Shown: positions 27,069 to 40,731 of the stretch, in pieces | Numbering within the stretch: the first letter of the stretch is position 1 | Layout of the letters: every line of letters starts with the position of its first letter | Assembly (NCBI GenBank): GCA_964016885.1 | Contig: OZ024742.1 | Span: forward strand, 271,002,001-271,066,000 | Length of the DNA stretch: 64,000 nt | Reading direction: 5' to 3' | From: Eledone cirrhosa | Lineage: Eukaryota | Notes under the pieces: model-generated | Database searches by the model: none | What the model was told of the DNA's origin: nothing | The model's input: the letters and a program-made list of their open reading frames with translations, nothing else | Made by a program: the position numbers and the translations under genes

Positions 27069-28308
27069 TATGAAAAATGGCGTGCTGAGTTGTTGCATAT
27101 GGGGTACATATGAATAAAAATAGTCCTTCATCAGTGATCTTTCAACCGTCATTGGTATTTCTTCGCGTTAAAGATCATATACCTCTGGTTGGTGCGAGCA
27201 ATAACTAAAGAAAGTTATTGGGACACGTAAAATAGTTCGGTGAAATCATAGACGAGAGATACAGACCATCCGACCACGGTGAGATGTGAACGAGAAAAGG
27301 ATTTCACACAGGTCAATCGGTAGGAAGTGAGAGAGTGGAAGTAGCAGAGAGTGAGTGAGTTAAAGTGTAAGAAAGAGGCCAGCCGAGGGAGAGTGACTGG
27401 CAGAGGGGGTAAAAAGAAGGTGAGAGATACAGAGAAAGGGGAAACAGTAAGAAAGAAACAGACAGGTCAAATCGGAAGAAAAATATAAATATATGAAAAA
27501 CGGCGTGCTGCGTTGTTGCAACTTAGGTACAAATGAATAACATTAGTCCTTCATCAGTGATCTTCCAACCGTCATTGGTATTTCTCCGCATTAAATATCA
27601 TATACATCTGGTTGGTGCGAGCAATAACTAAAGAAAGTTTTGGGACACGAAATATAGGGTGAAGCGAGCGAAACATGTAAACAAACAGAGATGGTAATGC
27701 AACGGAAAGAGACGAAGAGGAGAAACAAGTCCGTGATATCTATGAACTTAAGTTCGGTGAAATCATAGACGAGAGATAAAGACCATCTGACCTGGGTGAG
27801 ATGTGAGCAAGAAAAGGATTTCACACAGGTGAAACGGGAGCATCCTCTCTCACTTCCTCCCGTTTGACCTCTGTGAAATCCTTTTCTGTTTCTTGACCTG
27901 TCTGTTTCTTTCTGACTGCTTCTCCTTTCTCTGTATCTCTCACCTTCTTTTTAGCCCCTCTGCCAGTCACTCTCTCTTAGATGGCCTCTCCCTCACACTT
28001 GCACTAACTCACTCCCTGCCACTCACTCTCTCTCACTTCCTCCCGTTTGACCTGCGTGAAATCCTTTTCTCGCTCATATCTCACCCAGATCGGATGGTCT
28101 GTATCTATCGTCTATGATTTCAACGAACTTAAAGTTCATAGATATCACGGACTTGTTTCTCCTCTTCCTCTCTTTCCGTTGCATTACAATCTCTGTTTGT
28201 TTACATGTCTCGCACCCTATTTAATGTCTTCCAATAACTTTCTTTAGTTATTGCTCGCACCAACCAGAGGTATATGATCTTTAATGCGAAGAAATACCAA
28301 TGATGGTT
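27061..28308. repeat. Tandem-plus-inverted non-coding repeat: about 2 minus-strand units (27061-27840) head-to-head with a plus-strand unit (27845-28308)
   Basis: 27061-27330 is repeated at about 27484-27840. 27845-28308 is the reverse complement of the same unit. The left end abuts (TA)n, and the same family occurs at 36441-37120. Confidence 0.85.
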
Positions 28309-28309
28309 T

Positions 28310-29895
28310 ATATGATGCGGCCTTATCGATTACTTCCCATTGAAGTGTATATGGTATATTCTTAGTTATAAGAGAGTGTATGTAGTTAGATAAAAAAGTG
28401 GAGTTGGCTAGATTGCGATTTCTGAAAGTGTGGAGTTGGGTTAACCACCTTGACGCTACCCTTTGCCTGAACTCTAAAATATATACACCCTTTCATAAAC
28501 CAAACGAAAAACTACTTTATGTAGATACCAACTCTAACCACTCTAAATCTCTATTAAACTTAATTACTAAAGGAGTATCAAATAGAATTTCAACTCTATC
28601 ATATAATTATTTCTACTTTTTGGCACAAGGCCAGCAATTACCCAGTGTGTTACTGGTACTTTATTTTATCGACCCCGTAAGGATGAAAGGCAAAGTTATC
28701 CTCGGCGGGATTTGAACTCAGATCATAAATGGACGTAACTCTATGCTTCAAAGTATGGTGTCCGACTCTCTACCGATACTGCCAATCCACCGCTACTCTA
28801 TCATATAATGAAACTATATTTAACAGTAATTCCCAATACTATAATGAGGCCTTAGCACGATCAGGCCATAACAATGAAATTAGATTTTTACCTATAAAAT
28901 CACCTAGTTACGACATTATTTCTCACAATATGGCCATGAAGAAAGGTAAAAATGTACTAGCCACTCTAACTCTAACGAAGGGTGATATCAAACTTAACTC
29001 GCACCAGAATAAACATCCCAATAATAATATAAACATAAATATAATCAATAACTCAAACATTACAAAAATCAAAAATAGAAGTACTAATACATTTTTCAAT
29101 CTAAACGTCTCTGCCAACTTGCCTAAGGCTTTCTTCTCAATCTTAGAAAAAAACTCCCAGTTGGCCACAAATACCATAATCTTATCAATAAAAATACCAT
29201 TAAAATCTCTTACTCTACCACACATAACATCGCGTACCATATAGCTAGTAGTAATAAAAGGAAGACTAATAATTATTTCCAACTAATTAAATCGCAACAG
29301 GGAGTGAACTTACATAACAACATAATACCAGGGAATTCTAGTAGCAATAATAGTAATATCACTAATGAAATTAATAACAATGAGAATGATAATCACCATT
29401 AACCTAATGCTATCCCTAACGACCATGCATCTACACACCCTATTAACCAGCAAGTAAACAACCAGAATAGCTGTATCTGTAGAACAAATGGAACTTGCCC
29501 CTTACGAAAAAATTGCTTAATCAAAGACATCATTTCCTCATGCACAGTCAATACAAACAACACTTCAAAAACTTGTATCGGTTCTACCTCGAACTGCTTC
29601 AAGACGAGATATAACTCGCATCTCCACACTTTCAAAAATTGCAATCTAGCCAACACCACATCTTTATTTAACTACATACACTCTCTGAAAACTAAGAATA
29701 GACCATATACACTTCAATGGGAAGTAATATATATGGCCCCATCTTATAAACTACCGAATAAATTATGTAACCTATGTCTTCTATAGACCGGCACTATAAT
29801 CTACTCTAAGCTAAACCTCTTAAATAGAAAATCAGAAATGTTTTCCATGTGCCAACACTACCACCGACACTTTTTCCACTACTTCAGAACTAGCT
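28310..29895 (+). mobile_element. Penelope-like element remnant (RT C-terminus and GIY-YIG) with an inverted 5' segment
   Basis: VNHLDATLCLNSKIYTPFHKPNEKLLYVDTNSNH...RISTLSYNETIFN..YYNEALARSG and CICRTNGTCPLRKNCL...IGSTSNCFKTRYNSHLHTF..LQWEVI..CNLCL. 28310-28437 is an inverted copy of about 29620-29745. Confidence 0.85.
28608..28794 (-). mobile_element. tRNA-type SINE, copy 3, with a 15-bp TSD, inserted in the PLE ORF
   Basis: Reverse complement of the 15095 SINE, flanked by ACTCTATCATATAAT at 28593-28607 and 28795-28809. Confidence 0.9.
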
Positions 29896-30199
29896 GCTAG
29901 TATATGACAATGTCAGATCTGGACAACTCACCACCATTAACACTTTACCTCTAGGTTTTACCAGCAGAAATTAGGAATTAGGTTTGAAATAGCCGTGTTT
30001 ACATATGTATAGTATATTTTGCAATATACCGCATGTTTAATTAAACACATTTAGAAGACCATAGGCTATAAGTTTTAAAGTAGTGACTATGTCATTTACT
30101 TATTTTCGGCGAAAGAGGGAGAGGCTATATTCTGTTTCTTATATATTTGATATATATGTATCCTCATATATATCTATGACTTTATATATATATGTAAAC

Positions 30200-30241
<42 letters not shown>

Positions 30242-30766
30242 GTTTACATATATATATAAAGTCATAGATATATATGTGTGTTGCAACAGGTCACGTTGTG
30301 GCTCAATGAAAAATTAATAAATTAAATAATCAGAGCTATATATCTTAAAATATGTCTTTAGAATCACTAGATATAATATATACCATTTCCTCTCCCAATT
30401 AGCATAATTAACCATATAAAAAATCAATTAGACCAAGCTATGAGAATAAAAGCTCCTATGAAGAAATTTCCGACAAATAACCGAAAGCACCCCCTTCACG
30501 GTGGCTACGATAGAGTATTTATCTAACATTTCGACAGCATGTAAAAATGGACCAGATATAGTGTCAACTAAACACAATTAGGTGTAAAATTGGACTTAGA
30601 AGAATTGCGTACATACCTAATAACCTCTACCATGGTTTCATCCGTATTTTAAGACATCCTTTATTCTTAAAACTTGGTCTAATTGATTTTTTTTATATGG
30701 TTAATTATCCTAATTGGGAGAGGAAATGGTATATATTATATCTAGTGATTCTAAAGACATATTTTA

Positions 30767-30813
<47 letters not shown>

Positions 30814-30817
<4 letters not shown>

Positions 30818-33780
30818 GTGACCTACATTCCGCGGGCTCACATACATTCTCTGTGCGTGATTTGGCTCAGCTCAGCCAATCAGCGCCAGGAGTAGAGGAT
30901 GTATCCCTACGCGCTCTGAGGGAGAAATAGCCCGCAAAGATTTGAGAAATCAAAAACTCGTAGCTTAACCATGCTAAGGTAAACACCACTTGTTCTTTTG
31001 CTCCGTAAGTACAAACAATATGTAACGACAAAACATTACATACGGACCTGGCCAAACGCCTCAGCCAGTCGACCGTATTTTCTCTTGTAATCTTAATTGA
31101 TTTGTTTTATTTCTCTTGGGATGCCAGCTCAACCTTTCTTAATAAATAATGTAAACACAAGCTAAAGTCGTTGTCGATATTGCTATTTTATCTTTCTACC
31201 AAAACTGGTTCCTCGTGGCAACATTACAACACTCTCCAATATACTTCTCCGCTAAATTGGTGACAACCTCTCCACCAAATTCGTGACCCTCGACGATTAA
31301 GTATGAAAACGCAGCCTATTTGAATTCGCCATTCGTTTTAATGGCTATGTGGAGTGGCTTAACATTTGGAATGTTCGAATCGGGTAGCTAGACTCACTTA
31401 GCGTAAGTCCATAAAATTCATAATATTCCATTTGTTGAAGCACGGGGCGTGCACAATATTTCTGTCATAACATTCATGGTAACACTAGTAACTCACGCAT
31501 ACAGACGAACCCAAAAATACAACACAAAAGAAAGAATTTTTTCGACGACTAACAAAAAATTTCTCTTTTGGATTGAAAATTATGCGATGTCTTCTATCCG
31601 GTTGAGGGGGTTTGGTATATTTCAATTAGTTGATAAAATGAGTACGGTGACCACCGACTAAGAACAACTTGCCTTGCAAGGATAGTTTGTTAAAAACAAA
31701 AAAAAAATGAATTATAAAAAAAAGGATTTCTCTGGATATAAACTTTTGCTTTAGTTAAAGTTACAAAATGGAGACTCACAAATGTTGTTTTCCCGCGTAC
31801 AGCTTGTTTTCTGCAATCCCAGCAATCTGATTGGCTGCATCGTGCCACATGACGGCTTCTTCATCACGGACACATTTTTCAATCGGCCATCTTGGGATTT
31901 CCTTACCATGGAAACTGATTATTTTTATTGTTCAAATTTTCTTTAGAATATTTTTTTAAAAGAAAAAATTAGCAGTATTTCAAAAACTTTTCGCCACGAG
32001 GAAATTTCAAAACGGCTACCACCAAGTACCAGCCATCGGCAGCAACACATGGCTAATTATTAACCAACACCAGGGAACGGCTTGTAACTTTACCGACGCA
32101 ACAACCATACCTTCTGTCTCGTTACCACAAGGACTCGAGAAATTAAGACATTAGTTTTCTCACCATTATAGCGTCAGACGTGGCGGCCATATTGGTGACT
32201 CTGCGTTCTTCAACGCTCGACTTCTACTCTACAGAAGATTCATTATGACTTTGCTTTAACAACAACAACAACTCCACTAGCTCCCTAGTAAGAGCGTTCC
32301 CAAAGAAAAAACAAGCGAACTTTTTGTTAAAAGAAAAGAAACAATTCTTTCTTTCTTCCTTTTTTTTCAGGCATTTATTTTGTACATTTATTTTTTTAAA
32401 AACTATTATATGAAAATTCATTTCTCTCTATCATTTTATATGTGACCGCACGCACACATTTTCTTTGCTGTATTACATGCCTACATATATACACACACCA
32501 TCATGTTATCTATAGTATGTGATCTTCAAGCGTCGTAATATTCTGCGAGATCCCTTTTCACCTTCTAGAGGTACAAAAACATGCTATCGACACTTGCAGT
32601 TTAGTACACCTGCACCGCAACACGAGAATGCTAATTGCAGCTAAACTCAAACAGTTTCGCATCTTGTTGCACATTCATCGTCCATAACAACCTCTATCTT
32701 ATTATCTTACCGAACTCACCGTGAAAACAACAAATAGAACTGGACTTGTCAGCTTTTCCACCACTTCTGTGGATTCGCCCGAATTATGGAACTGCAACCC
32801 ACCTACAGATTCAACTTGCTTTTTTTTCTTTTCAAAGCAACCAGCCATTTTCTCCTGGCTCCCTAGCACATTCGGCAATACATATGGGAGGCCAACATTT
32901 TCTCGCCTACCCATAATCGTCTTGCCAGCACTGGTAAACTACCATAATAGCTTCGTCCACAGCTACTGGTACAACACTTACCATTAACATTTAATGCAAG
33001 AACAGCAACTTCGCCCATGTCAGACTTTATCTGTTTTCTGTTAGACCTTTGGTGGTCACGTATAAACTACAAAACAGCTAGTCATTTGACAGCGGCTCAA
33101 CACGGCCCGTAGCGCCTCATATTTTTTCTTGCATGCATCTTTCTGCTCAATTAATTTTTCACTGATGTGCTCTTTCAGCATTTGTTCTTGCTGATTCAAT
33201 AATCTGTATCGACTTCCGTCTAGAAGAGCGGGGTGGGGTGGGGTGGTGTAAACTGTACTTTGTGGGTCCTTGGCTTCATCGTTAAAGATTTTCGGCTAAA
33301 AATCTGCTCGGAGTTGATGTAGTGACCTACATTCCGCGGGCTCACACATTCTCTGTGCGTGATCTGGCTCAGCTCAGCCAATCAGCGCCAGGAGAAGAGG
33401 ATGTATCCCTACGCGTTCTGAGGGAGAAATAGCCCGCAAAGATTTGAGAAATCAAAAACTCGCAGCTTGACCATGCTAAGGTAAACACCACTTGTTCTTT
33501 TGCTCCGTAAGCACAAACAATATGTAACGACAACACATTACATACGGACCTGGCCAAACGCCTCAGCCAGTCGACCGTATTTTCTCTTGTAATCTTAATT
33601 GATTTGTTTTATTTCTCTTGGCATGCCAGCTCAACCTTTGTTAATAAATAATGTAAAAACAAGCTAAAGTCGTTGTCGATATTGCTATTTTATCTTTTAA
33701 CCAAAACTGGTTTCTCGTGGCAACATTACAACACTCCAATATACTTCTCCGCTAAATTCGTGACGATACACTATCTACCA
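30814..33780 (+). mobile_element. Non-autonomous LTR retrotransposon (gypsy-like) with ~463-bp LTRs
   Basis: Direct repeats 30814-31277 and 33318-33780 run TGTAGTG...ACCA. A degenerate PBS TCGTGACCCTCGACG (resembles the tRNA-Trp PBS TGGTGACCCCGACG) follows the 5' LTR. There is no pol, (TA)n lies on both flanks, and no clean TSD is visible. Confidence 0.85.
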
Positions 33781-33788
33781 AGTGTATA

Positions 33789-33847
<59 letters not shown>

Positions 33848-33866
33848 CTATCTATCTATCTATCTA

Positions 33867-33926
<60 letters not shown>

Positions 33927-34114
33927 TATATATATAGATAGATATATATATATATATAGATAGATATATATATATATATACACATATATATATATATATG
34001 TGTGTGTGTGTGCGTGCGTGTGTGTGGGTGTATATACATATATACTACTGTATAGATATAAACGTTTGTAAATCAATTAATCATGTTAATTTAGTTTAAT
34101 GCTGGTTATTTTAA

Positions 34115-34153
<39 letters not shown>

Positions 34154-34402
34154 ATTAAAATAACCAGGATTAAACTAAATGAACAAGATTAATTAATTTA
34201 CAAACGTTTCTGTCTATACAGAAGTAAGTTACAACAATCTCCTCTGTATTCCTTTCTTTAGAATCCATTAAACAATATAAATAACATAATTACTTTAAAA
34301 TCAGATATCTCCAGTTCGAAAATATAAACAAGTTTTAAATTTTGTGGGTAACACTTTAAAATATTAAGGAAGAATCAATGTACACATTATATGTATATTC
34401 AC

Positions 34403-34532
<130 letters not shown>

Positions 34533-35199
34533 ATCAAAAGATGGTTAAAACAATTCCATGTATTTTATTATGCGGATTTCAAAAACAAACATCATCATGC
34601 AATAACATTTGCGTTTTCGTCAGATAAAATAGGGAGACATGATATGAAGGTTACAACACACTTGTGTATAGTGCAGTCTTAAATCAACATATAATATAAG
34701 ATATGTTGATTTAAGACTGCACTATTCACAAGTGTGTTTTAACCTTCATATCATGTCTCCCTATTTTATCTGACGAAAACGCAAATGTTATTGCATGATG
34801 ATGTTTATTTTTGAAATGCGCATAATAAAATACATGGAACTCTTTTAACCATGTTTTGATCTTATATATTATATACTCCAGTCCTACAAACTGTAGAGTG
34901 CTACTTATCCGATATCTGCATTGCTTTATTGTACTACAATAAAACTCACCTCCTACACATATATATATATATATATAAAATGGTTACACAACAGTTTGTT
35001 CACCATATCGAGAATAATTGTTTCACCTTAGCCGATCCTCAGTTCGGAATGGGCATGGTTACAGGAACAGGAAGCACAACCGTACGAACGCGAATGCGCT
35101 ATAATCCGTTCACTTCACACAGGCAATACTAGAATGCGTACGAGAGTTGTAAGGGAGATAAATTCGAAAGTCCGAAAGGTTTTTAGTTGAAAATAAAAT

Positions 35200-35433
35200 T
35201 ACACGGAGGGTCGATTGAAGGAACGTTTCCTGAACCACCAGTCTACCTTCAGGTACCCGGACAGATGGTCATCCACGAAACTCGCGAGCCACGTATGGCC
35301 CCTCAAGGACTCAAGTATAGACTACTCCATTCAATGGAAAGCCATCACTAAGTTCAAGCCATACGCAAGGGGAAATACGACGTGTGGCTTATGTATTGAC
35401 GAACGAATAACTATTCTAAAGAGATTACGCACA
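35200..35433 (+). pseudogene. PLE GIY-YIG fragment
   Basis: KERFLNHQSTFRYPDRWSSTKLASHVWPLKDSSIDYSIQWKAI..KPYARGNTTCGLCIDERITIL. Confidence 0.85.
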
Positions 35434-35463
35434 TTTTAAACATTTGACTTATTTATTTTATTT

Positions 35464-35526
<63 letters not shown>

Positions 35527-35573
35527 AAAATAAAATAAATAAGTCAAATGTTTAAAATTTGGCTTCGTTTATT

Positions 35574-35628
35574 ACTGCTATATATATTTCGGTGACGGCC
35601 ATCTTTGGCTGTGACCTCTTCAGGCAGT
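35574..35628 (-). ncRNA. Minimal type I hammerhead ribozyme
   Basis: Minus strand ACTGC-CTGAAGA-GGT...ACC-GAAA-TATATA-TA-GCAGT-AATAAA. It has a 5-bp stem I, a closed stem II, a palindromic stem III and an AUA cleavage triplet. Confidence 0.8.
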
Positions 35629-36063
35629 CCGAATAAGTGTGGTAGAGACGAGTACACATGTTGTTGAGGTGTATAACTTTGTCAATACTCTGATATGTCC
35701 ACTTACTGGTTAGGTTGTTATTTCAATGAGGAACTGGAATCATATGAATTCAAACAAACGAATTTAAGCGTCAAAGGGCCTCTTCTCCTCTCATTGGTCA
35801 GTTGTTAGAACATTCCTCAGTCAAAAAGTCATATACTCAAAATGTATATATATTTCGTTTCTGAATTTGTTTAGCAAGATTCTTTATCTGAAAACGTGTG
35901 TTGAAACCGATATTGTTATGCTTTGGGAGGGAGAGTCATGTTGCCAATAAAAACACGCGCACCACATGTTTCACTTCAATTTATTATAAATTAAATTCAT
36001 AAATGTAGGAATTTATAAATTTCCGGTTGGTTGGTTCCACAACCAGGCAATTGTTCATATGTT

Positions 36064-36106
36064 GTCAAAGTTCTTTCGTCACACATTATGTGACCTCTTC
36101 AGTGAC
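36064..36106 (-). ncRNA. Minimal type I hammerhead ribozyme; core-mutated relative at about 37358-37405
   Basis: Minus strand GTCA-CTGAAGA-G-GTCACAT-AAT-GTGTGAC-GAAAG-AA-CTT-TGAC. Confidence 0.65.
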
Positions 36107-36157
36107 TGGGGATTATTTTCGTCGTTATATATATATATATATGTGTGTGTGTGTGAA

Positions 36158-36420
36158 GGCGCATGGCTTAGTGGTTAGAGCATTGGGATTGCAATCGAAA
36201 GGTTGTGAGTTCAATTCTCGGACCGGTATGATGTGGTGTTTCCTCGAGCAAGACACTTTATTTCACGTTGCTCCAGTTTACTCAGCTGTAGAAATGAGTA
36301 CCGGCCTGGCCGCCAAGCCAGTGGGATGGCGTTATCTTATGGCTAAAACAGCACGACGTGCTGTGACCAGCGGCTCCGATTGGCGCCCGACAGACTGGTC
36401 GGTCAAGGTGATCAAGGTGA
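36158..36420 (+). mobile_element. tRNA-derived SINE with a CORE-like body
   Basis: A-box TGGCTTAGTGG and B-box GAGTTCAATTC in a tRNA-like head, followed by TCCTCGAGCAAGACACTT...TTGCTCCAG, which resembles CORE-SINE bodies. Confidence 0.8.
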
Positions 36421-36440
36421 TATATATATATATATATATA

Positions 36441-37226
<786 letters not shown>

Positions 37227-37922
37227 TGTGTGTGTGTGTTATACTTTGGGAGTGTCATGCTGCCAATAAAGACATATGCACCTGTTGGATTTTGCTTCCG
37301 TTTATTATACATTTCCGTTTGGTTTGGTGGTTCGATAAATGGATGGTTGGTTATATATTGTCAAAGCTCTTTCGACTCACATTCTGTGACCCCCACAGTT
37401 ACTGGGATTTCATTTTGTGACTCTCTTTTGTTCTGTCCTGCAACATCTTATTTTTGTGTGTTGTGTGTTGAGTGCTTAGTTTGCGCATGCGTTATATCAG
37501 GATGTGTGTGTGTGCTTTTATTTTGTTATTTATGTGTTTATTTACTTGTCACTAGTTGGCTGTTTTTCTATCTTTGCGTGTCTGATTTGTTTTACTTTGC
37601 AATTTGTGTGTCTGTATATCTTCACTTTGTCGTTAACGACTAGTTGTCATGTTGTTATTCCTCCCATGTTTTCTGTTTAATTTTGGTTGGAGTTCGTTTA
37701 TATTTATCGCCTTTGTGATTCGTTTGAGCATTGCATCTTTTCTGTGTGTGGACAATATTTTATCTCTATGTTCTCTAATGTGCCCCTATGTTCTAATGTT
37801 CCCTTGTGGAATGTTGGTAGAGTACTGATGAGGTTTTACCATCCCGGTGTTCTGGCCAGTGTTCACTTATCCCTTCTCCTATGTTACTGTCTGTTTCAGC
37901 TATATTTTGTTTATTTCAGAAA

Positions 37923-37971
<49 letters not shown>

Positions 37972-38413
37972 CATGTGCGTGTGTGTGTGTGCATGAGTGT
38001 GTGTGTGTGAGTTCGTGAGTGTGTGTGTGTTTGTGTGTTTAAAAGTACTCCCACAACAGTTAATTCACCATTTCCCCGAGAACAATTTGTTTCACATCAG
38101 ACGGGTCATCATCTCGGTTTAAATGAGATATGGAAAAGGAAAGCGTTTACACCAATGCGCAGAAGAGCTTATTCTCAAAGGGGGCGCACATCACGTTAGA
38201 TCGATGCAAGGAAGGCAACTTCGAAAATCAGAATACAGTAGATTATGTTATTGATTTGGTCGGTGAGGATTGAATAGAGCATCTGAAATTACAGCCGGTG
38301 TATTGCGCTGTTGTTGTAGGGGACACGCTTCAGTCCCATGGACTGATCGCTATGTTACTACCACGGATATAACCCACCAGTTTTCTACCAATATATATAT
38401 ATATATACATATA

Positions 38414-38454
<41 letters not shown>

Positions 38455-38638
38455 TTTAATTACATAATTAACTACACATTGAACGGGTTAAAATGTGTCT
38501 GTAAGAATCGTATAGTTTCTTGAAACATTTGGTAATGAATTAATTATATTGTATTGTTTATTATAAAATTAAAAATCGCTGCACAATACATAAAGCACTC
38601 CTATTTCCTTTACCTGTTTTACATAAATACTTAACGCA

Positions 38639-38683
<45 letters not shown>

Positions 38684-39218
38684 CGAATTCGCGAGAAATC
38701 AGCGAATTCGCGAGAACTCCTATGCAGGTTAATCTTGGAGTAATAGTAGTGAAAGATTGAAGAATAACATGGTGGGCTGTACAAAAAAGGTTTTATTACA
38801 AGTATTGACAATTGTTTCATTGTTCAGGTGAGTCTAAAGGCTGCTAATCACTCGACTTTAAATATACGGCGTCACTCGACCTTCAATATACGGCCACTAC
38901 TTTATATACATGTAGGAGAACTCGTACCGATGCGCTGAACGAGTGTGACTTTTTAGTCCAGCCAGCGACTTGAACACTCTGGTACAAACACTACACCTGT
39001 GACAATTATTGACACATAGTGCTGGGCCCATGGTACCATGTGACGACAAGTGCAGAGAGATCTCCAGATATAAAGCAATGCCTGTGCCGTTAAGCTTTTA
39101 TAGTGAGCAAAGGCACTGCACAAAGCCAGTCCCACCCTCTTAACCAAGATGATATTTACCAAAAAGAAGAACAAGTCAACATCATTGGATACTATCAGAG
39201 TTGCAGGTGTTATATCAG

Positions 39219-39266
<48 letters not shown>

Positions 39267-39370
39267 CTGATATAACATTCACAGCTGGGCTTTCAAATTG
39301 CTTATCAATTAAACATACCGTTTATCATTTGATATACCATATGTTTAATTGATAAACAAACATATACATG

Positions 39371-39442
<72 letters not shown>

Positions 39443-40731
39443 CATATACATGTATATGTTTGTTTATCAATTAAACATATGGTATATCAAATGATAAACG
39501 GTGTGTTTAATTGATACGCAATTTGAAAGCCCATCTGTGAATGTTGAACTTTGGATGGACAGCACACTGTATCACGTCCCAGCAGAAGCAGTGTGCGACA
39601 ACTGTCTATGCACACTTTGAGCTTGTCTCTCGTTAGTACATTGCTTCCCCTGTTCTCGGCTGGAACTCTAACCAGGCGAAACAAATATAGATTTTTCGCC
39701 TTTGTAGTTGGGCTGATTCGTGTCATTTGGATATGAAGCTGTATACAATGCCTCAAATGAAAACTAGAATTAAAATTTACCGTATGTACATTTAGTATAT
39801 ATAACGGCTGATATAGGTAGAGGTATATTTATATACATTTATGTTATATATGTGTGTTTGGGTGTGTGCTTCATTGTGTATGTGTGTGCATGTATTCATA
39901 TGTATATATATATTGTATATATTAAAAGAAATAAAACATTATATGTATATATAAATAGTATATATTAAAAGAAATAAAAAAATAATAGGCTACAAATATT
40001 GTATTAATAGAATAACAAGAATTAGTCTACGCTAAGTAAAATGCATTCAACTACATACATTCACAATCATGTGCACATTTATGTATATATACACATGTAC
40101 ACTTACTTTTATCTTGAGACATACATGTACGTATGGATGGTAGTAAGTATACATGTGTATATATACATAGATGTGCACATGATTGTGAATGTATGTAGTT
40201 GAATGCATTTTACTTAGCGTAGACTAATTCTTGTTATTCTATTAATACAATATTTGTAGCATATACATTGTTTATTTCTTTTAATATATACTATGTATAT
40301 TATGTTTGCAAATGTTGTTACGTTAATTAATAAGTATATTTAAATATACGAGCTTTGATTATGATCCGATAATTTTATTTTAGAATAGAATACACCTGCT
40401 TTAAATGTTTTGAGTGAAGTAAATATTGGTTAGTTATTGCAAGTTATAATTTATCACTAAGAAAATAAAATTATTATGTTTAGCCTTCCAAAAGGATTTA
40501 ACGTCGTACCATCTGAATCTTAATCAAGTTTATAATTTCTAATTCGAGATGTCTGACATCGAATGTAGATATTGTATTTATATTGCTTAACTGATTTGAA
40601 AGAGATGAGTGAAGAGGAGAATGTTGGAACGTATTGCTGTATTCATAGAAACGATCGTAAATCAATTCATATTCCAATGTAACTTAAACCTGAATATTTT
40701 ATTAGTTTTATACAAGTATATATATATATTG

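Noticed and set aside
36158-36232. tRNA gene
   Set aside because: The cloverleaf is imperfect and continues into a SINE body.
38085-38110. Further partial hammerhead cores (also about 7995-8030 and 51935-51965)
   Set aside because: The cores are incomplete and lack pairing stems.
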